This document shows, in pieces, positions 19,753 through 30,274 of a stretch of DNA of 64,000 bases (position 1 is the first letter of the stretch; every line of letters starts with the position of its first letter). The position numbers and the translations under genes were made by a program. Origin of the DNA: an uncultured delta proteobacterium (lineage in GTDB: Bacteria > Desulfobacterota > Binatia > JACPRU01); contig CAVUWD010000011.1 in NCBI GenBank assembly GCA_963745025.1, forward strand, positions 32,001-96,000, written 5' to 3'. The notes under the pieces are model-generated. The model was not told the origin of the DNA. It worked only from the letters and a program-made list of their open reading frames with translations, and did no database searches.

Positions 19753-20533
19753 GTGCAGCGAGAAAAAACAAACTACGTCATCCAGTCCGTCGCACACGCT
19801 CTGGACGTTCTCGAACAGTTTTATGGAGAGCTCGACGAGCTCGGCGTGACGGAGCTCAGCAAGCGTCTCAAGCTCCACAAGAACAACGTCTTTCGCCTGC
19901 TCGCGACCCTCGAGTCACGCGGCTACATCGAACAGAACAAGGCGACCGAGAACTACCGCCTCGGGATCCGCTGCCTGCAGCTCGGCCAGACGTACGTGAA
20001 CCAGATGGGGCTGCTCCGCCAGGCACGGCCCATCCTCGAGGACGTGTCTCGCCAGAGCTGCGAAAATGACGTACGTGGCGGTGGCTCGTCGTCAGGCAGT
20101 CGTACCACTCGCCGTCGTCGAAGTCGAAGCTGCCGGTACGTATCGATCTCGAACGTCGGCGAAGCTCTACCGCTTCACTGCGACTGCCGTCGGCAAGGTC
20201 TTCCTCGCCTACGAGTCCGAGGAAGGACTGCGCCACGTTCTCGGCAGCAATCTCGAGAAATTCACCGACAAGACGTTCAATGCGATTCCGGCGCTCAGCG
20301 AGCACCTGAAGGGCGTGGCGGAGCGCGGCGTTGCCGTCGACAACGGCGAGTATCTCGTCGACGTGCGCGCCGTGGCTGCACCGGTGCGTGATTACACCCG
20401 CAACGTCGTCGGCGCGCTCGCGGTCGCGGGGCCGGCCTACCGACTGAGCGCCGATCGCATCGAGAAGGAGATCGTGCCGCTCGTCCAGAAGGCCGGCAAA
20501 GACCTCTCGAGCCGCCTCGGCTTCCACGAATGA
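19753..20533 (+). CDS. IclR family transcriptional regulator (frameshifted)
   Basis: IQSVAHALDVLE, GVTELSKRLKLHKNNVFRLLATL HTH; TAVGKVFLA and AVAAPVRD in another frame. Confidence 0.88.
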
Positions 20534-20590
20534 GAAAAAGACCCGGCCCCTTTCTGCGCGAACGAGAAAGCGGCCCTGATCGCTTTTTTC
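20534..20590 (+). terminator. possible intrinsic terminator
   Basis: imperfect ggcc.ctttct...agaaag.ggcc hairpin followed by a T-run. Confidence 0.35.
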
Positions 20591-20688
20591 ATGCGGTTGA
20601 TTCGACCCTCGAAACGCGGTAACCACAACCGATTTTGCCGCGCAGGCGCTCTGCCGGCGCCAATTCGCCAACAGGAGGTAGCGACGAG

Positions 20689-21446
20689 GTGAAGATCCTT
20701 GTCCCCGCAAAACGGGTTCCTGATCCAGACTCGATCATCAAGGTGAAGCCGGACGGCTCGGGTATCGTCACCGACAACGTCAAGTGGGTGATCAACCCAT
20801 TCGACGAGATCGCCGTCGAGGAAGCGCCTGCGCATCAAGGAGAAGGTCGCGCGGCACCGAGGTCGTGCTCGTGGCGATCGGCGCCAAGACGTCGCCCAGG
20901 AGCAGCTGCGCACGGGGCTCGCCATGGGCGCCGACCGCGCGATCCTGGTGCTCACCGAGGAACCGCTCGATCCGCTCGCCGTGGCCCGCGTCCTGCAGAA
21001 GCTCGTCGACGACGAGAAGCCCGATCTCGTGCTCATGGGCAAGCAGGCGATCGACGACGACTCGAACTGCGCCGGCCAGATGCTCGCCGAGCTGCTCGGC
21101 TGGCCGCAGGCCACCTTCGCGTCGAAGGTCGAGCTCGCGGCGACCAGAAGAGCGCAGGTCACGCGCGAGGTCGACGGCGGTCTCGAAGACGCTGTCGATG
21201 CCGCTTCCCGCCGTGGTCACCGCGGATCTACGACTGAACGAGCCGCGCTACGCTTCGCTGCCCGGCATCATGAAGGCCCGTAAGAAGGAGCTGAAGGAGA
21301 TCCCCGTCGCCGACCTCGGAGTCGACACCGCGCCGCGGCTCAAGGTGCTGAAGCTGGAGGCGCCGCCGAAGCGGCAAGGCGGCCGCAAGGTCGAGACCGT
21401 GCAGGAGCTGGTGCAGGCGCTCCACTCCGAAGCCAAGGTGATCTGA
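20689..21446 (+). CDS. etfB: electron transfer flavoprotein beta subunit (frameshifted)
   Basis: [46 protein letters not shown]. Confidence 0.92.
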
Positions 21447-21469
21447 GCCCTTCCGACAGGGGGAATCCC

Positions 21470-22446
21470 ATGGGCAACGTTCTAGTCTTCGCCGAGCATG
21501 TCAACGGCAAGTTCCCGAAGACCACGCTCGTCGGCGATCGCGGCCGGCCGTCAGGCGGCGAGCCGAATCGGTGGGGCGTGTCACGCGGTCGTTCTCGGCA
21601 AGGGCATCGACGCGCGTCGGCGGCGAGGTCGCGGGCTACGGCGTGAAGAAGGTGTTCGTGGTCGACGAACGACGCTCTCGAGCACTACGTCGCCGACGCC
21701 TACACCGAGGCGCTCGCGCAGGTGGTGAAGGACAAGGCGTCGAGCTGCGTGGTCGCCACGGCGACGGCGGTCGGCAAGGACCTGCTGCCGCGCGTCGCTG
21801 CGCGGCTCGGCGCGGGGATGGCGTCGGAGGTCGTCCATCTTCAACGACGCGACGGCACTCTCACGCGCCCGATGTACGCCGGCAACGTGATCGCCACCGT
21901 CAAGCTCGAAGGCTCGCCGCGCGTGGTCGTCGGTGCGCGCAACCGCCTTCGACGCCGCCAAGAAGGACGGCGGCGGCAAGGTGGAGAAGGTCGCGGTCAG
22001 TCTGGATGCGGCGAAGCTCAAGGCCAAGTTCGTGGCGTTCAACGAGACCAAGTCCGATCGCCCGGTGCTGACCGAGGCTTCGATCGTCGGTTTCGGGCGG
22101 ACGCGGCCTCAAGAACGGCGAGAACTTCACCACCTATCTCGAGCCGCTCTGTGACGCGCTCGGCGCCGCCATGGGAGCGAGCCGCGCGGCGGTCGACGCC
22201 GGCTTCGTGCCGAACGATCTTCAGGTCGGCCAGACCGGCAAGGTGGTCGCGCCGACGCTCTACATCGCCGTCGGCATCTCCGGCGCGATCCAGCACCTGG
22301 CCGGCATGAAGGACTCGAAGATGATCGTCGCCATCAACAAGGACGCGGAAGCGCCGATCTTCCAGGTTGCCGACTACGGCCTCGTCGCCGACCTCTTCAA
22401 AGCCGTTCCGGAGCTGACCGAGGAGATCAAGAAGCTGAAGCATTAG
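21470..22446 (+). CDS. etfA: electron transfer flavoprotein alpha subunit (frameshifted)
   Basis: [44 protein letters not shown]. Confidence 0.92.
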
Positions 22447-22451
22447 TAAGA

Positions 22452-22540
22452 GGCTACGGGCTACAGGCTTCAGGCTTCAGGCTTCAGGCTACGGGAAGGG
22501 CGCGAAGAAGGCTTTTCCCGTAGCCCGTAGCCGGTAGCCT
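22452..22540. repeat. GGCTACR heptamer inverted-repeat element, copy 3
   Basis: ggctacgggctacaggcttcaggcttcaggcttcaggctacggg ... cccgtagcccgtagccggtagcc. Confidence 0.88.
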
Positions 22541-22566
22541 CCTTCTTGATCCCAGGAGGTGGGGCG

Positions 22567-23349
22567 ATGTCCGAAGTCCTGCTCGTCGAAAAGAGCGAGT
22601 CGATCGCGACCGTCACGCTGAATCGGCCGCGGGCGATGAACGCGCTGTCCCGGGAGCTCCGCCGTGCGTTCGTCGATGCATTCGCCGCGGTCGCGCGCGA
22701 CGATGAGGTCGAGGCGGTCATCCTGACCGGCGCGGGGAGAGCCTTCTGTGCTGGGCTCGACCTCAAGGAGCTCGGCGGAGAGAGCGGACAGGATTCGCGG
22801 CCCGGCGAGGCGATCGCCACTGGCGGCGACCTGATCGGCGCCATGGAGGCGTGCGCGAAGCCGATCATCGGTGCGGTCAACGGTGTGGCCATCACCGGAG
22901 GCTTCGAGATCGCGCTCGCCTGCGACGTGCTCGTCGCATCGCGCGCAACGCGCTTCGCCGACACGCACGCGAGGGTCGGGATCCTTCCCGGCTGGGGGCT
23001 CAGCCAGAAGCTGCCCCGGTTGATCGGCATCTTTCGCGCCAAGGAGCTCTCGCTCACCGGAAATTTCTTGAGCGCCGAGCTGGCGGCTGAGTGGGGTCTC
23101 GTGAATCGGGTCGTCGACCCGGCAGAGCTGCTTTCGACGTGCCGCGCGCTGGCGCGCGACATGATGTCGTGCCATCCCCAGACGATGCGCGCCTACAAGG
23201 CGCTGATCGACCGGGGCTTCGGGATGCCCTTCGCGGATGCGATCCGGCTCGAGCGCGAGACGAGCCTCGAGCACGCCAAACGAGTCCGTCCCGAGGAGAT
23301 CGCAGCCCGCCGCGGTGCCATCCAGAAGCGCGGCCGCCGGCAGAGATGA
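22567..23349 (+). CDS. enoyl-CoA hydratase/isomerase
   Basis: LNRPRAMNALS, AFCAGLDL, GGFEIALACD, DTHARVGILPGWG. Confidence 0.92.
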   Translation: MSEVLLVEKSESIATVTLNRPRAMNALSRELRRAFVDAFAAVARDDEVEAVILTGAGRAFCAGLDLKELGGESGQDSRPGEAIATGGDLIGAMEACAKPIIGAVNGVAITGGFEIALACDVLVASRATRFADTHARVGILPGWGLSQKLPRLIGIFRAKELSLTGNFLSAELAAEWGLVNRVVDPAELLSTCRALARDMMSCHPQTMRAYKALIDRGFGMPFADAIRLERETSLEHAKRVRPEEIAARRGAIQKRGRRQR

Positions 23350-23512
23350 CCGAGAAGCCGATCTCCACCCGCTTCCGGACGTCGCGGCCGGTTTCGGCCA
23401 TCGCAAGCGGTCGGCGGCGCTCATGCGCTCGCGATAACCCGCGCTCGCTGAGAGCGGGCGCGCAGGGAACGCGTCTTGCTCCATCGCTCGGTCGTCTACG
23501 AGGTGACCGACG

Positions 23513-24532
23513 ATGGAGAGCCGAACGATCTGCACGCTTCAACTGCTGCCCGTAATCCTCGCGCTCGGCGCGATGCTCCCCGGAATCGCCGCCGCCGAGC
23601 GAAAGCCCACACCCACTCCGAAGGCGACGCCGAGCGCGACCGCCACATCAACGCCGCCCGCCTCTCCGACACCCACCCCTCCCCCGGCGGGAGGTCTCAG
23701 CGTCACGATCACCAACCCCGCTCCGGGTGAAACCATCGGCGCCGACCGCTACAACGTTCGCGGTATCTTCCAGGGACCGCCGAATACCGGGCTCACGGTG
23801 AACAACCTGATCGCGTACACCGACGCCGGTCGCTTCATCGCCGACAACGTACCGCTTGCGCCCGATGAAAACACGATCACCGTCGTGGCCACGGCCCCCG
23901 ACGGCACCTCGACGACGGCCGCGGTCACGATCACCGCCTCTGGGGTGCCGCCGAACCCGGCTCTCACCGTGGACGCCTCGAAGGGATTCGCTCCGCTCTC
24001 GGTCACGTTCAACTACACGTTCAGCTCGCCCATCGGGTTCAAGAAGGTGGCCTTGGACTTCGACGGGGACGGCCGCGATGATTTCCGCACGACGAACCCT
24101 GCAGGCCCGTCGGGATCCGTTCAGAATACCTACTCAAGGCCGGGTCTCTATTTGGCCGTGCTCACAATCACCGATAATCAGGGCCACATCCACAAAGCCG
24201 ACATCGGCATTCAGGTCACGACGTTCGACGCCTTGGACGCTCTGTTCCTGAGCGTCTGGAACCGAATGAACGATGCGCTCGTGCGCGGAGACCTCAACGG
24301 GGCGCTCGCGTGTTTGAATTCTCGCGCCCAGGAGAAGTACGCTCGCGTCTTCAACGAACTACTCGTCGACATGCCCGCGATCGTCGGCTCCTATTCGAGT
24401 CCGCAGCGCGTTTCGACCGGAGACAACTACTTCGAGTACGCCATCAATCGCACGATCGATGGCGAGAACCAGATCTTCTTCGCGTACTTGCTGCGGGATG
24501 CCGATGGCGTGTGGCGGATCGACGGCCTGTGA
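23513..24532 (+). CDS. secreted Ig-like/PKD domain protein with C-terminal NTF2-like domain
   Basis: signal peptide, Pro/Thr linker, ENTITVVATAPDG, DFDGDG..YSRPGLY..VLTITD, C-terminal D.DGVWRI. Confidence 0.7.
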   Translation: MESRTICTLQLLPVILALGAMLPGIAAAERKPTPTPKATPSATATSTPPASPTPTPPPAGGLSVTITNPAPGETIGADRYNVRGIFQGPPNTGLTVNNLIAYTDAGRFIADNVPLAPDENTITVVATAPDGTSTTAAVTITASGVPPNPALTVDASKGFAPLSVTFNYTFSSPIGFKKVALDFDGDGRDDFRTTNPAGPSGSVQNTYSRPGLYLAVLTITDNQGHIHKADIGIQVTTFDALDALFLSVWNRMNDALVRGDLNGALACLNSRAQEKYARVFNELLVDMPAIVGSYSSPQRVSTGDNYFEYAINRTIDGENQIFFAYLLRDADGVWRIDGL

Positions 24533-24537
24533 GGGAC

Positions 24538-25146
24538 ATGAAGCGCTGGACGATTACCGGTTTGGTGATTCTCGTGCTCGTTCTAATCGGCTTCTCCACG
24601 TGCGTCTGGGCGCCGCCGGTCTACTGGGGCGAGGCGATACACGGCCGCGTGGTGGACGCCGATACGGGGGGGCCGCTGGAAGGGGTGGTGGTCGTCGCCG
24701 ACTGGAAGCTGCTCGCTGGCGGTTACGGCCACAGTGGACACCTCACTTCCTTGGTCGTTCAGGAAACAGTCACCGACAAGAACGGTGAGTTCGCGTTGCC
24801 GGAATGGGGGCCGAAGATGCGGCCGAGCTTCACGATGCTCGACAAGGCCCCGTGGCTGATTCTGTTCAAGAGTAGCTACGAGCATGGGGCGCTGTGGAAT
24901 GAACAAAGCAGCAATGGATTCGTCAGGCGGTCGGACTGGGACGCTCAGACGGTCAAGTTGAAGCGATTTTCGGGAACTGCGCAGAGGCGGCTCCAAATTC
25001 TGAACCTAGTCTTGTCGCTTTCCGCGTTGCAACCATTGGCCTTACACGAAGTTCTCCGCGAAAGATCTCTCTATTATCGCCTTGACCCCGCGTTGTTTGA
25101 CCATATCGAGCGCCTGCTCAACGAGCCAGAAAGGAGAGAGCCATGA
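24538..25146 (+). CDS. membrane-anchored protein with carboxypeptidase-regulatory-like domain
   Basis: N-terminal TM; GRVVDADTGGPLEGVVVVA, ETVTDKNGEF. Confidence 0.7.
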   Translation: MKRWTITGLVILVLVLIGFSTCVWAPPVYWGEAIHGRVVDADTGGPLEGVVVVADWKLLAGGYGHSGHLTSLVVQETVTDKNGEFALPEWGPKMRPSFTMLDKAPWLILFKSSYEHGALWNEQSSNGFVRRSDWDAQTVKLKRFSGTAQRRLQILNLVLSLSALQPLALHEVLRERSLYYRLDPALFDHIERLLNEPERREP

Positions 25147-27224
25147 TCGATAAATGGGTCGTCCTGACGATAGCTCTCGCTATCACTTGCGCCACCCCCT
25201 TGCTGGCATACGATCTAGAAACTCACGCACGCCTTTCGGAAGCGGCCGCAGATGTTTCTTCGCTCAGCACGGCTCTCACGAACCTTCAACTCGGGAGCAA
25301 GTCGCCATTCAGCGTCACTGACATCACTCGACCGAGAGTCAACAAGGGATCGGCCCTCGGCTGGATCTTGGAAGGCGCCGTTCGAGAAGACGGCGAAACG
25401 GAATGCGACGACCGTGTCCGGAATCACTTCTACAATCCATTGAACAACATGGGCTACTCGTTCGGCGCTCTCACAGGGATTTCTTCTCCGCTGTGGGGTC
25501 TCGAGGACCAGCCGGCTGCTCGCCTTCAGGATTTCTCGTACAATGACGCGCGAGAGTACTTCTGGAACGCGCTGCAGGCACGCACGGAGACCGAGCATCA
25601 GCGAAACCTGGCCTTGACCTTCCGTAGCCTCGGCCAGATCATCCATGTGGTGCAGGATGCCGCTCAGCCGCAGCACACCCGCAACGACTCCCACGCCGGC
25701 GTCACCTGCCCGTACACGTTCGGCCTATTGGGTCCGGCAAGCCTCTACGAGGAATACGTGGAAGGCAAGGCGATCGCGGGGAAGCTCAACTATTCGGGCT
25801 ATCCGACCGTGGACCTGCCCAAGCCGCGGGACTTCTGGGACACCGAGGACGGACGCGGCGTGGCCGAGTTCAGCAACCGAAGCTTCGTGACCGTCCGCAC
25901 AAATTTCACCGGCACACCTAACGACGTTCAGCCAGCTCCGGGATTCCCATCTCCCAACGCCGGCGGCGCACGGCTATTCAAGGAGGATGTCCAAACGCTG
26001 ATGCCCGGAACGACGCTCACGGGCGTCATGACGTTCATCGGAACACCGTGGAGCGACAGTTACACGGGCGCCGGCGGCTACAACACACGGACGAGCACGT
26101 ACTCGCTGTTCGCGAGCGATCTCGGCAGGCGGGGATCACCCGTCGAGTACAGCCTGAACACGTTCAATTACGAGAACGCTCAGCAGATCTTGATCCCCCG
26201 CGCGGTCGGCTACAGCGCTGGGCTCCTCAATCATTTCTTTCGCGGCACGCTCGAGATCGCCGCGCCCGACCGGTACGCATACCTCGTAAGTCCGTACTCC
26301 AATAGCGAGGGCAGCTTCACGAAGTTGATGCTGAAGGTGCGCAATACGACGTCCGAGGCGGAGACGGGCACCGGGACGCTTCTGGCGATCGTCCGCTACC
26401 GGGCTGCGAGCGCCTCGAGCCCCTTGCTCTATCCGGGATACGCCATCCTGCGCGAGCCTTCCTACGCGATTTCGGCTCCGCAATCGGGTTCCCTCACGCG
26501 GGATTTTCAGCCGCTGACGTTCGACTTCGCTGCGAGCCCGATCCCAGTCGACGTCGCCGATGTCTCGGTCATGGTGGCATTCCGAGGTCCGCTCTCAAGC
26601 TCCGAATACACGGAGAATGACGCCATCGTATTCGGCGGAAAGGACGTCTACGAGCCGCAGCTGATCAATTTCGGCGACTCGAGCGACTACGACTGCTATC
26701 AAGATGCGCTCTACTACGTCGTGGATCGGCCCTCCTCGCAGCGCGATCTGAACCAGGACGGCCGCCAGGACCTATTCGGCCCGGTCCAGGAAATCGGCGC
26801 CTACGTGCGCCTGCAACCCTATGGTCCGTCGCCGGTCCCGCTCGGTGCTCAAACGGCAAACTACGTCGTCCCCGGCCTCTTCTGGGCGCAGTACGGAAGC
26901 TTCGTCAGCGTCCAGGACCAGGATGGCTACCGCTTCGAGTACGCCTCGCCGGACACTGTGGACGCCTCCACCGGAGGGCACAGGTCGTTCTTCACTGCGG
27001 TAAACTTGCCTCGAAGCATCAATCGCATCGTCGAGCGGGACGGTCAGACGGTCCACGAAGTCGGCGCCTACTCCGCCGTGTCTTATCGCGGCAGCTCTGC
27101 CCCTTTTCACATCAACATGGTCAACGACAACGTCATTCGCAGCCAAACCTGCATCAACGGGCTGCCCTATGTATCTCTGGCGTTCACGGAGGTTGCGGGC
27201 AGCGTCCCCGACACGGCCAACTGA
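25143..27224 (+). CDS. secreted protein with N-terminal Zn-dependent phospholipase C / S1-P1 nuclease-like domain
   Basis: signal peptide, then YDLETH, NHFYNP, LGQIIHVVQDAAQPQH, H..YEEY; ATGA-coupled to upstream gene. Confidence 0.65.
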   Translation: MIDKWVVLTIALAITCATPLLAYDLETHARLSEAAADVSSLSTALTNLQLGSKSPFSVTDITRPRVNKGSALGWILEGAVREDGETECDDRVRNHFYNPLNNMGYSFGALTGISSPLWGLEDQPAARLQDFSYNDAREYFWNALQARTETEHQRNLALTFRSLGQIIHVVQDAAQPQHTRNDSHAGVTCPYTFGLLGPASLYEEYVEGKAIAGKLNYSGYPTVDLPKPRDFWDTEDGRGVAEFSNRSFVTVRTNFTGTPNDVQPAPGFPSPNAGGARLFKEDVQTLMPGTTLTGVMTFIGTPWSDSYTGAGGYNTRTSTYSLFASDLGRRGSPVEYSLNTFNYENAQQILIPRAVGYSAGLLNHFFRGTLEIAAPDRYAYLVSPYSNSEGSFTKLMLKVRNTTSEAETGTGTLLAIVRYRAASASSPLLYPGYAILREPSYAISAPQSGSLTRDFQPLTFDFAASPIPVDVADVSVMVAFRGPLSSSEYTENDAIVFGGKDVYEPQLINFGDSSDYDCYQDALYYVVDRPSSQRDLNQDGRQDLFGPVQEIGAYVRLQPYGPSPVPLGAQTANYVVPGLFWAQYGSFVSVQDQDGYRFEYASPDTVDASTGGHRSFFTAVNLPRSINRIVERDGQTVHEVGAYSAVSYRGSSAPFHINMVNDNVIRSQTCINGLPYVSLAFTEVAGSVPDTAN

Positions 27225-27233
27225 GGTGACGAC

Positions 27234-27596
27234 ATGAACTCACGAGCTCTCCAACTAATGGCTCTCGCCCTTTGTGCGGCCGCTGCGGGCGACGCCCGAG
27301 CCCGCCTCTCCTACGTCGGTCCCGGACGGGCCACCGCCACGGCCGTGATCGACGACTCGGAGCGCGGCATGCGGGAGATTCGCCCCGGCGACGTGCTGCC
27401 GGACGTCGGCGAGCTACGCGAAATCGACGAACACGAGATCGTCTTCGACCGTCCGCTGAGCGACGAAGAGCGAGAGCGATGGCGGGCAGCCGGCGGTATC
27501 GTACCGGACATCCAACGCTTGCACCTCTACCGCCGCCCCACACCCGAAAACGAATCGACCCCCGGCTCCGGCGCGGCGGCGATCACCGCCGACTGA
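27234..27596 (+). CDS. small secreted hypothetical protein (weak PilP/GspC-HR-like pattern)
   Basis: GAGG RBS, Ala-rich signal peptide, AVI....EIRPGDVL...GELREIDEHEIVF. Confidence 0.55.
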   Translation: MNSRALQLMALALCAAAAGDARARLSYVGPGRATATAVIDDSERGMREIRPGDVLPDVGELREIDEHEIVFDRPLSDEERERWRAAGGIVPDIQRLHLYRRPTPENESTPGSGAAAITAD

Positions 27597-27610
27597 ACCC
27601 GACGTTCGCC

Positions 27611-29711
27611 TCACGTCGACTTCGCCGTCGTCACCCGATCGACGATCTCCATGACGTCGAGCGTCTGGACCTTCTCCTCGAGGTCCTTCGCCTTGATGCC
27701 GTCGGAGAGCATCGTCATGCAGAACGGGACACGAGACGGCGATCGACCTCGGGATCGGTCTCCAGCGCCTGGTCGGTGCGCAGGAGGTTCACGCGCTTGT
27801 CGGGATCCTCCTCGATCCACATGCGGCCGCCGCCGGCGCCGCAGCACATGCCGAAGTGCTTGTGGCGCTGCATCTCCGCCACGCTCGGCGCCCGGCCTTC
27901 GCCAGCACGTCGCGCGGCTCGTCGTACACGTCGTTGAAGCGGCCGTAGTAGCAGGAGTCGTGGTACGCGGTCCGCTTCCCGAACTCGCCGGTCGACGCTC
28001 GAGCCTGCCGCGGTCGATCAGCTGCTGCACGAGCTCGGCCGCGTGGATCACCTCGTAGTCGCCGCCGAACTGCGGGAACTCGTTCTTGATCGTGTTGAAG
28101 CAGTGCGGGCAGTTGACGATGATCTTCTTCACGCTGTAGCCGTTGAAGCGTCTCGACGCACGTCTGCGCCATCGTCTGGTAGAGGTACTCGTTGCCGAGG
28201 CGGCGCGCCGTCTCGCCGTTGCACGGCTCCTCCTTGGCGAGGCAGGCGAAGTCGACGCCCGCCTTCTGGAGGATCTCGCGCGAACGCCTGCGTGGTCTTC
28301 TTGTTGCGGTCGTCGAAGGCGCCCGCGCAGCCGACGTAGTAGAGGTACTCGGCGTCCGGCTTGTCGGCGAGCGTCGGGATGTCGAGGCCCTCGGCCCAGT
28401 CGAAGCGCTTCTCGGCGCCGATGCCCCACGGGTTCGACTGCGTCTCCATGCCCTTGAAGACGCGCGTCGAGCTCGCTCGGGAAGCGCGCCTCCTCCTGCA
28501 CGAGGTGACGGCGCATGTCGACGATCTTGTCGACGTACTCGATCATCACCGGGCACGCCTCCTCGCAGGCGCGGCACACGTTGCAGGACCAGAGCGACCT
28601 CGTCCTCGATCGACCGGGCCGACGATGTTCTCGCCCACCTCGGGCGGCTCGGCGCCGTCGCCGTTGCCCTTCCAGCCGACCCGCTTCTCGATGACCTCGT
28701 CCTGGTGCTCGTAGAGGTAGTCGCGCAGATCGAGGAGCAGCTGGCGCGGCGCGAGCGGCTTGCCCGGTCGCGGTCGCCGGGCATTGCGACGAGCAGCGGC
28801 CGCACTCGGTGCAGCTGAACATGTCGAGCACCTGCTTCCAGGTGAACTGGTCGATGTGCGAGGTGCCGAAGCGCGTGGCGTTCTCGAGGTCCTGCTTCGA
28901 GAGCTGCGCCGATCGGCTCGAGCTTCTTGAAGAACACGTTCGGGAGCGAGGTGATGATGTGGAAGTGCTTCGACGAGCGGCAGGAGGTTCAGGAACATCA
29001 GGATGCACGCAGGTTGTGCACCCACCACGCCACGCCGCCGAGCGTAACGCGCCGCCGAGGCACCGAGCAGCGAAGCGAGAGTCGACCCGACGAGGTGCGA
29101 CACCGGCTCCCACGCGGCCTCGGCGAGGACGCTCGGATCCTCTCCGTGGGCGACGATGCGACCGCCGTCGTAGACGAGCCCGCCGACCATGATCGTCCCG
29201 ATGAAGGAGAGGATCAGATAGGCCTCCCAGTGGGACTGCCCTCGCAGTCGGTGCTCCGGCGGCTCGTATCCATAGAGGCGCGCCGGATGGGTGATGCCCC
29301 AGCGCACCAGCGCAACGGCGATCCCTGACGAAGACGAGCACCTCCATCGATGTCGCGTAGCAGCATGTAGGGGCCGCCGAGGAGCCCGGGAGAGAACAGC
29401 GGCACGTAGAAATGGTCACTGTAGGCGCGCCCGAACATCGTGACGACCTGCAGGCCGAGAATCGTGAAGCCCCAGAAGATGAAGAAGTGCATCCATCCCG
29501 CCGTTTGCTCGCTGACGATCGCCGCCTCGGGTCGTATGAACTTCTTCTGTCCGAATGCGTAAACCAGCATGGCTTGGATGCGCTCGGCGATGCGGTCGAA
29601 GCGCTCCGCCGGCGCCGCGGCCCGGAGAACCTTGAAACGGCCCCAGAGCTGATAGACAAAGAGACCGAGGGCGGCGACGACGCAGGAGCTGAATACGATC
29701 GAAGTGAGCAT
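27611..29711 (-). CDS. FadF/HdrD-like membrane Fe-S oxidoreductase (frameshifted)
   Basis: TM N-terminus, CTECGRCSSQCP, CNVCRACEEACP, YVGCAG, CPHC, YHDSCY, CCGAGGG across frames. Confidence 0.88.
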
Positions 29712-29783
29712 AGGTCCTCCGAAGTGAGGGCGCAGAGGTTACGTAAACTACGCCGTCGACCCTTGCAACCGACCGTCGGCGCG

Positions 29784-30218
29784 GTGCTCGCCGCTCTGCT
29801 CGTTCTCTTCGCCGCCTGCCGCGATAGTCGCCCGGCGGTCGTGCTGATCCCCAAGGACGGCACGTCCAGTCGCGTGTTCGTCGAAGTCGCCGACACTCCG
29901 GACACGCAGGCGCGCGGCCTCATGTTCCGGAATCATCTCGAGCCCGATCACGGGATGGTGTTCCTTTTCGATACCGAGAAGGACCATTCCTTCTGGATGA
30001 AGAACACGCCAATTCGGCTCGACATGATCTTCATCTCGCGCGACGGGCGTATCGTCGGCATCCACCCGAATGCCGAGCCGTTCTCGCTGACGCCGATCGG
30101 GGTCGGCGCCCCCTCCCGGGTGGTGCTCGAGGTCAACGGGGGGTTCGCGGCGGCGCACGGTCTCGCGGTCGGTGATCACGTGACCTACCGCAACATCGCG
30201 TCGACCAAGCTGCCTTGA
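29784..30218 (+). CDS. DUF192 family (lipo)protein
   Basis: VEVADT..RGLMFR, GMVF, FWMKNTPIRLDMIF, VLEVNGG; LFAAC lipobox; start uncertain. Confidence 0.85.
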   Translation: MLAALLVLFAACRDSRPAVVLIPKDGTSSRVFVEVADTPDTQARGLMFRNHLEPDHGMVFLFDTEKDHSFWMKNTPIRLDMIFISRDGRIVGIHPNAEPFSLTPIGVGAPSRVVLEVNGGFAAAHGLAVGDHVTYRNIASTKLP

Positions 30219-30274
30219 AAACCCCGCGGACGTAGCATAGTCACCCAGCTTCGCGTTGGGGAGCCGAAACACCC

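Noticed and set aside
23345-23496. Short inverted repeat gatgaccgag/ctcggtcgtc at the left edge of the secreted cassette as a mobile element end
   Set aside because: Only ~10 bp, imperfect, in high-GC sequence, with no matching right boundary or recombinase
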